A stretch of DNA of 63,830 bases, filler included, from Chiloscyllium plagiosum (Eukaryota): assembly GCF_004010195.1 (NCBI RefSeq). It is 3 parts of one record of this genome, joined end to end, with 100 filler letters (N's around TTAATTAATTAA, not from the genome) between each part and the next. Parts side by side here need not be neighbours in the genome. Positions count along the whole stretch, not along the records: positions 53,937 to 63,830 come from NC_057712.1; 2 more parts are not named here. The stretch is one strand, 5' to 3'. Of the stretch, positions 62,435 to 63,830 are shown piece after piece. The position numbers and the translations under genes were made by a program. How positions within the stretch are numbered: the first letter of the stretch is position 1; each line of letters starts with the position of its first letter. The notes under the pieces were generated by a model, which saw only the letters and a program-made list of their open reading frames with translations, searched no databases and was not told where the DNA came from.

Positions 62435-63332
62435 ATGGCCTTTGCAGTGATATGTACTTCTTGTCAGATTTGGGAGTTTAAAGAGAGTTTAAGGGTTACT
62501 GCGGATTATATCTGCGATAAATGCTATTGGATGCGAATCTTATCAGATCAAGTGGATCGGTTGGAGAGACAGATAGAAGCGATGAGGAATTTGCAACAGC
62601 AACAGTATGTGATGGATGGCAGTTATAGAAAGGGGGGAAAGTCTCAGATACAGTCACATAGATGGGTTAACTCCAGGAAAATAAGAGAGCTAGGCAGCTA
62701 GAGCAGGAGTCTTTTGTGGATATACCCATTTCAAACAGGTATGCTGTTTTGGAAAATGTAGGGGATGATGGATTCTCAGGGGAACATTGCACAAACAGCC
62801 AAGTTTCTGGTATTGAGACTGGCTTTAATGCAATGAGGAATTGTGTTAGGGGGTTCTGTAGTCAGAGGTACAGACAGACGTTTCTGTGGCCAGCAGAGAA
62901 AAAGCAGAATGGTGTGTTGTTTCCCTGGTGCCAGGATCAAGGATGTCACAGAGAGAGTGCAGAATGTTCTCACGGGGGAGAGGGGCCAGCAGGAGGTCAT
63001 TGTCCACATTGAAACCAACGACATTGGAAGGGAAAAGAAGATTCTGAAGGGCGATTACAGAGCATTAGGTAGAAATTTAAAAAGGAGATCCTCAAGGGTA
63101 GTAATATCTGGATTACTCCCAGTGCTATGAGCTAGTGAGGGCAGGAATAGGAGGATAGAGCAGATGAATGCATGGCTCAGGAGCTGGTGTATAGGAGAAG
63201 GATTCACATTTTTGGATCACTGGAATCTCTTTTGGGGTAGAAGTGACCTGTACAAGAAGGACGGATTGCACCTAAATCGTAAGGGGACTAATATACTGGC
63301 AGGGAAATCCTCCTTGGGAGGATTTAAACTAG
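62435..63332 (+). pseudogene. CR1 ORF1 (zinc finger / coiled coil / SGNH esterase), disrupted
   Basis: VICTSCQ...YICDKC; PISNRYAVL; GGSVVRG; CCFPGARIKDV; VHIETND; DGLHLN. Confidence 0.85.
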
Positions 63333-63460
63333 TAAGGTGGGGGGGGTGGGACCCAGGGAGATAGTGAGGAATGAGATCGATCTGAGACAGGTACAGCTGA
63401 GAACAGAAGTGAGTCAAACAGTCAGGGCAGGCAGGGACAAGGTAGGGCTAATAAATTAAT

Positions 63461-63830
63461 TTCAATGCAAGGGGCCTAACGGGGAAGGCAGATGAACTTG
63501 AGGCATGGTTAGGAACATGGGACTGGGATATCATAGCAATTATGGAAACATGGCTCAGGGATGGGCAGGACTGGCAGCTGAATGTTCCAAGATACAAATG
63601 CTACAGGAAGGATAGAAAGGGAGGCAAAAGAGGAGGGGGTGTGGCATTTTTGAGAAGAGATAGCATTACAGCTGTGCTAAGGGAGGATATTCCCGGAAAT
63701 ACATCCAGGGAAGTTATTTGGGTGGAACTGAGAAATAAGAAAGGGATGATCACCTTATTGGGATTGTATTATAGACCCCCCCAATAGTCAGAGGGAAATT
63801 GAGAAACAAACTTGTAAGGAGATCTCAGCT
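63461..63830 (+). pseudogene. CR1 ORF2 APE endonuclease N-terminus, frameshifted
   Basis: FNARGL..KADEL..DIIAIMETWL..RKDR.GGKRGGGVA..YYRPP. Confidence 0.85.

Larger units (their letters stand above)
61995..63830 (+). mobile_element. CR1 LINE 5' portion (5' UTR, ORF1, start of ORF2), runs off window
   Basis: ORF1 zinc finger plus esterase followed by APE motifs; 5' boundary approximate. Confidence 0.85.

Noticed and set aside
53540..63830. Near-identical 53540-53836 and 63610-63830 as a segmental duplication
   Set aside because: Similarity is limited to CR1 APE sequence; these are two copies of one young LINE subfamily
1..63830. CRISPR array, operon or other prokaryotic system
   Set aside because: No regularly spaced direct repeats and no dense coding; all recognisable content is vertebrate transposon-derived

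Overview
Vertebrate genomic DNA, AT-rich and dominated by transposon relics. It is most likely from a cartilaginous fish (shark), inferred from HE1/V-SINE-like SINEs together with CR1, L2-like, L1/Tx1, Gypsy, Harbinger and Neptune-type Penelope elements. I cannot support any intact host gene or exon; every recognisable ORF is a disrupted transposon ORF. There are three assembly gaps, two of which carry an artificial TTAATTAATTAA linker. The main signal is about 18 minimal hammerhead-ribozyme-like cores (CTGANGA-A-stem II-GAAA-palindromic helix III-NUH) from two distinct Penelope-like (PLE) families. They lie in the pLTRs of large PLE copies and in a set of roughly 90-240 bp non-coding insertions, either solo or fold-back palindromic. 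Most of these insertions have 11-16 bp target-site duplications (TSDs), and their 5' ends or inversion centres fall within about 1-13 nt of the ribozyme's CTGANGA box. All family assignments come from motif recognition by eye; no database search was run, and boundaries of old repeats are approximate.
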